A program made the position numbers and the translations under genes. 64,000 nucleotides of DNA. It comes from Macrostomum lignano (taxonomy: Eukaryota). The stretch is taken from positions 36,106 through 100,105 of the forward strand of contig NIVC01000794.1 in assembly GCA_002269645.1 (NCBI GenBank). Reading direction: 5' to 3'. The notes under the pieces are model-generated. The model was given only the letters and a program-made list of their open reading frames with translations, was not told where the DNA came from and searched no databases. This document shows, in pieces, positions 60,201 to 64,000 of this stretch. How positions within the stretch are numbered: position 1 is the stretch's first letter; every line of letters starts with the position of its first letter.

Positions 60201-61086
60201 ACTTGATGAAAACAAAAAAAATCATTTCGAGATACACATTTGCTGATCATTCAGGTCAAATTTCAAGGTCCAGTTTTGCACATGTTTCTCTGTAGCTTGG
60301 TTACAAGGATTTTAATAAAAATATAATAAATATGTCCAATGAACTAACTGATACATAGCCAAATTGAAGTATTTTCAAAAACAAAAAAAATCATTTGCTC
60401 AGTTTACTTTACTGAATATCTTTATAAAATTTCAGCTCAAAAGGTGCTCCATGGAGAATGCTAGTGTGGTTACAGGATATTTATTTTGTGCTTCAAAGTA
60501 GGAGTTTATTGCGATGCATGGTTGCTTTTAATTATTTTTATCAACAATAGTGCTCTATTTCATAACAATTTTTTACAAAAAGATAATAAGACATGTTTTT
60601 CTAATTATCTGCATCAAAATGTATCATTTTAAGCACGCATTCTAGACGTCAGCCGAAAAATACATTTTGTGAGACGCAAAGAGGCTATCCCACCGGAAAT
60701 GCTAGGCGTACAGTTAAGCGTCTATAAAATTATTTGTAGTGCAGTTTATTGAGCTTTAAAAAATTCTTAAATTAAATTTATATAAGCTTTCATTTTAAAT
60801 GTAATATAGCTAGGTTTCAACACAACAACAACTTTTTTTAGCTACAGACATCTTGTAGTATCAAAAATTAACATCGGTGAAATGATTGAATTTGAATTTT
60901 TTCATCGCTAATTATCGCTTAATACCGCCAGATGATTAAAAACACTTTTGTATGATAAATTTCAACCCAAAAATTATCTTTATTGACAGATAAAAGTGTC
61001 CTATTATTTTCAATATGGCAGTAACAATAGTAAATGTTCGGAAAATTGTTAAAATTTTTGCTCCTCCTAGAATTTGCGAACGACCC
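57283..61086. mobile_element. 3804-bp non-autonomous DNA transposon (TIR plus 4-bp TSD; possibly Sola2-like)
   Basis: TIR gggtcgttctcaaa / tttgcgaacgaccc (1 mismatch) and TSD cggt at 57279-57282 and 61087-61090. Removing it restores the spacer ggaccatacggtacggatc. The interior is AT-rich with no long ORF. Confidence 0.9.
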
Positions 61087-61867
61087 CGGTACGGATCAAT
61101 TGTGTGGGCCGCCTCTCGTCTATACTCTAATTATTGTAATATATAATTAGTAATGCGGACGGATTTACCGCGCTCGTACTCGTAGTATATAGTGAACTAT
61201 AGTGGTGATTTGCAGTCAAGTCAAAGTCAACCTAACTAGCTCAACGCAAACAGTAACGCGTACAGTCCAGCTTGACTCTGTATACTCAGCAACATTGAAA
61301 AGTCGCCACTCTATGCGCCAGTGATCAATTTGTCTTGGACTATTCTGAAATAAAAGATGCCAGAAAAACTGATCGGGGTAGCTTTGATCCGTCCAAACCT
61401 CGCACACCGCTCCCCCACTCCATTCCTCAACTCAAGTCTGCCGTGGCGTAGCTGAGTTGCGTCGCTCGCAAATATTGAGAGAGACTTTACCTGCACTCTC
61501 TCAAAAGTGGCAACCACAGACGGAATCTTCTGTGATGGCGACTTTTCAATGTTGCTGAGTATAATTCATTGTTGGCGCCATCAACAAAGTTGTACATGTA
61601 CATATGCACATCCGCACGCATAGAGCGATCTAAGAAATTACATTTGATTATTGCAACTCGAAGAGATCTAGTATAGCCTAGTATAGCCTCTGTACACCGC
61701 GATGCATATGCGCGCTATATCATGCTATGCTATAATGGTGCAACAACTAATTTACAACTTGCGGGTAAATAGAATATTTAGTTTAAAATAATTAGTAGGA
61801 CACGCTAAATCCAGAATTACAATCAACCAACTATAATTAATTGATGTTGTCTTTAGCTTTGTTAGGC

Positions 61868-61978
61868 AGCCGCGGTAGCGCGGCTTGTCAAAAATTGAGT
61901 AGATCGCTCAATTGGATCCACGCGGTGTCTTACCATGCAAAATATTGAGTCTTCGCAGTAAGAGACCGTCGATACGGC
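61868..61978 (-). ncRNA. SL_RNA: Spliced-leader (SL) RNA, copy 6
   Basis: Identical to copy 2. Confidence 0.92.
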
Positions 61979-62556
61979 AAAGAGACGAGCTGGAACCGGC
62001 TCTCACTGAGTGCACAGCTCTCCGTTTGAGCCTCGAGCCCTAGGGGCAAATTATTTTGTTGAACTTTATCTACTCCAAGTAAGTTTTGCCGACTAGTGCA
62101 GCATTATTTTGCACTAGAGCTTGAAAAGAGCTGCGCGAAAAAGTTTCTTTCTTTCTTTTAGCCGACATGTTTAGAAAGTGTGCACACAAACGCGCCTCCT
62201 AGTTGATTGATTGATGGCTATAAATCAAGTAAAATTCCCATGTGAGAAATGGAGATACTCGTAAAACTATTAATACACAGTGCATAAGTGCATTAGCGTT
62301 ACCGCGTGCAAATGCAAAGTGCGCATACAAAATATGAAACGCGAATCGAATCCCTTGACTTGATAGAGTGGAGTGGAACTCGAAAGGAAGGAATCAGCAG
62401 ACACCTATGCCGTATGCCCGTATGGTAAAAATTCAAGCAGCATCCAATCCAGTTGGCGGGCGCGGGCGGATTAGTGGGCCTGGGCCTAAGTATTAATGCA
62501 TGCAGCAGCTGGAGTTAGTTGATGAGCGCGCGGCATGCAGTTAAAGAGGCAAAAAA

Positions 62557-62674
62557 GACAACAGCATTTGGTATTCCCAGGCGGTCACCCATCCAAGTAC
62601 TAACCAAACCCAACGTTGCTTAACTTCGGTGATCAGACGAGAACCGGTGTTTTCAACGTGGTATGGCCGTTGCC
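62557..62674 (-). rRNA. 5S_rRNA: 5S rRNA, copy 7
   Basis: Identical to copy 2. Confidence 0.97.
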
Positions 62675-63521
62675 ACTGGCTGATAGGAGCTGAGCTCATA
62701 ATTAACCTGAACCTGCAGCTACATGTATATACGGACCATACGGTACGGATCAATTGTGTGGGCCGCCTCTCGTCTATACTCTAATTATTGTAATATATAA
62801 TTAGTAATGCGGACGGATTTACCGCGCTCGTACTCGTAGTATATAGTGAACTATAGTGGTGATTTGCAGTCAAGTCAAAGTCAACCTAACTAGCTCAACG
62901 CAAACAGTAACGCGTACAGTCCAGCTTGACTCTGTATACTCAGCAACATTGAAAAGTCGCCACTCTATGCGCCAGTGATCAATTTGTCTTGGACTATTCT
63001 GAAATAAAAGATGCCAGAAAAACTGATCGGGGTAGCTTTGATCCGTCCAAACCTCGCACACCGCTCCCCCACTCCATTCCTCAACTCAAGTCTGCCGTGG
63101 CGTAGCTGAGTTGCGTCGCTCGCAAATATTGAGAGAGACTTTACCTGCACTCTCTCAAAAGTGGCGACCACAGACGGAATCTTCTGTGATGGCGACTTTT
63201 CAATGTTGCTGAGTATAATTCATTGTTGGCGCCATCAACAAAGTTGTACATGTACATATGCACATCCGCACGCATAGAGCGATCTAAGAAATTACATTTG
63301 ATTATTGCAACTCGAAGAGATCTAGTATAGCCTAGTATAGCCTCTGTACACCGCGATGCATATGCGCGCTATATCATGCTATGCTATAATGGTGCAACAA
63401 CTAATTTACAACTTGCGGGTAAATAGAATATTTAGTTTAAAATAATTAGTAGGACACGCTAAATCCAGAATTACAATCAACCAACTATAATTAATTGATG
63501 TTGTCTTTAGCTTTGTTAGGC

Positions 63522-63632
63522 AGCCGCGGTAGCGCGGCTTGTCAAAAATTGAGTAGATCGCTCAATTGGATCCACGCGGTGTCTTACCATGCAAAATATT
63601 GAGTCTTCGCAGTAAGAGACCGTCGATACGGC
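63522..63632 (-). ncRNA. SL_RNA: Spliced-leader (SL) RNA, copy 7
   Basis: Identical to copy 2; only about 82 bp of unit upstream sequence is retained. Confidence 0.9.
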
Positions 63633-63714
63633 AAAGAGACGAGCTGGAACCGGCTCTCACTGAGTGCACAGCTCTCCGTTTGAGCCTCGAGCCCTAGGGC
63701 AAATTATTTTGTTG

Positions 63715-63935
63715 CATTAGAAAGTTCAAATCGGACTTCGAGAACTCATCTGCGTCTTTCAGTACCATGAGCGCGGGTCCACCGTCGGAACACCAGAGTA
63801 ATTTCTTCGCCGCATGCCACTCTTGGAAAGTAGCAAACATCCAGCGACATTTTTTTAGCGTGTTTGTTGGAACCGTTCCTTCGATGAGTGAACTGACTTC
63901 TTCGTCAGTCAGATTGACAATCTTTCGGTAGCCAT
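63715..63935 (-). pseudogene. Truncated, frameshifted N-terminus of a Crypton-like (DUF3504/KCTD1-related) tyrosine recombinase ORF
   Basis: MATER(F, 1-nt deletion)VNLTDEEVSSLIEGTVPTNTLKKCRWMFATFQEW...SKSDLNFLMQ resembles the RF..lt.eE....vP.NT.k...W....F.eW...eLn..L pattern of Crypton N-termini. Confidence 0.55.
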
Positions 63936-64000
63936 TTTAACTAGCTAGCTAAGCCAAGCACTCGCGCTGTCTCTCTTCTTTTTACGAGCGCGTCTTTTAT

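Larger units (their letters stand above)
48823..63714 (-). repeat. Tandem array of ~1.65-kb 5S rRNA / SL RNA units (7 units, one interrupted)
   Basis: 5S 3' ends at 48839, 50485, 52132, 53786, 55441, 57095 and 62557. Periods are 1646-1655 bp; 5462 = 1654 + 3804 insertion + 4 TSD. Confidence 0.97.

Noticed and set aside
57283-61086. Dada-type small-RNA-gene-targeting transposon
   Set aside because: Dada elements lack TIRs and have longer TSDs inside the RNA gene; this element has TIRs and a 4-bp TSD, and sits in the spacer.
49145-63171. Recurrent 63-70 aa ORFs in every array unit
   Set aside because: They overlap the 5S gene, the MITE or the spacer; no protein features, and conserved only because the unit is repeated.

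Overview
Eukaryotic, intron-rich, minisatellite-rich genomic DNA, most likely from a macrostomid flatworm (inferred from a 45-nt AUG-terminated spliced leader resembling the Macrostomum SL as I recall it). Left 47 kb: two tandem EF-1alpha paralogues (+) with near-identical coding blocks but unrelated introns and flanks. Between them lie an RTE-like RT relic and a secreted five-CUB-domain gene carrying an in-frame TAA. These are followed by NAGPA (-), an ANKRD60-like gene (+) and a TLDc-domain (OXR1/NCOA7-family) gene (-). Almost every intron is filled by its own minisatellite, and several MITEs with identifiable TIRs and TSDs are present. After a 279-N gap lies a ~1.65-kb tandem array (7 units). 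Each unit carries a 5S rRNA gene and, on the same (-) strand, a spliced-leader RNA gene, with a 279-bp MITE fixed in the spacer. One unit is interrupted by a 3.8-kb TIR element with a 4-bp TSD, and the array ends against a truncated Crypton-like ORF. Main leads: the 5S-SL linked array, inverted minisatellite arrays bracketing the NAGPA EGF exon, EF-1alpha gene conversion, and possible SL-donated start codons. All calls were made by eye with no database searches.
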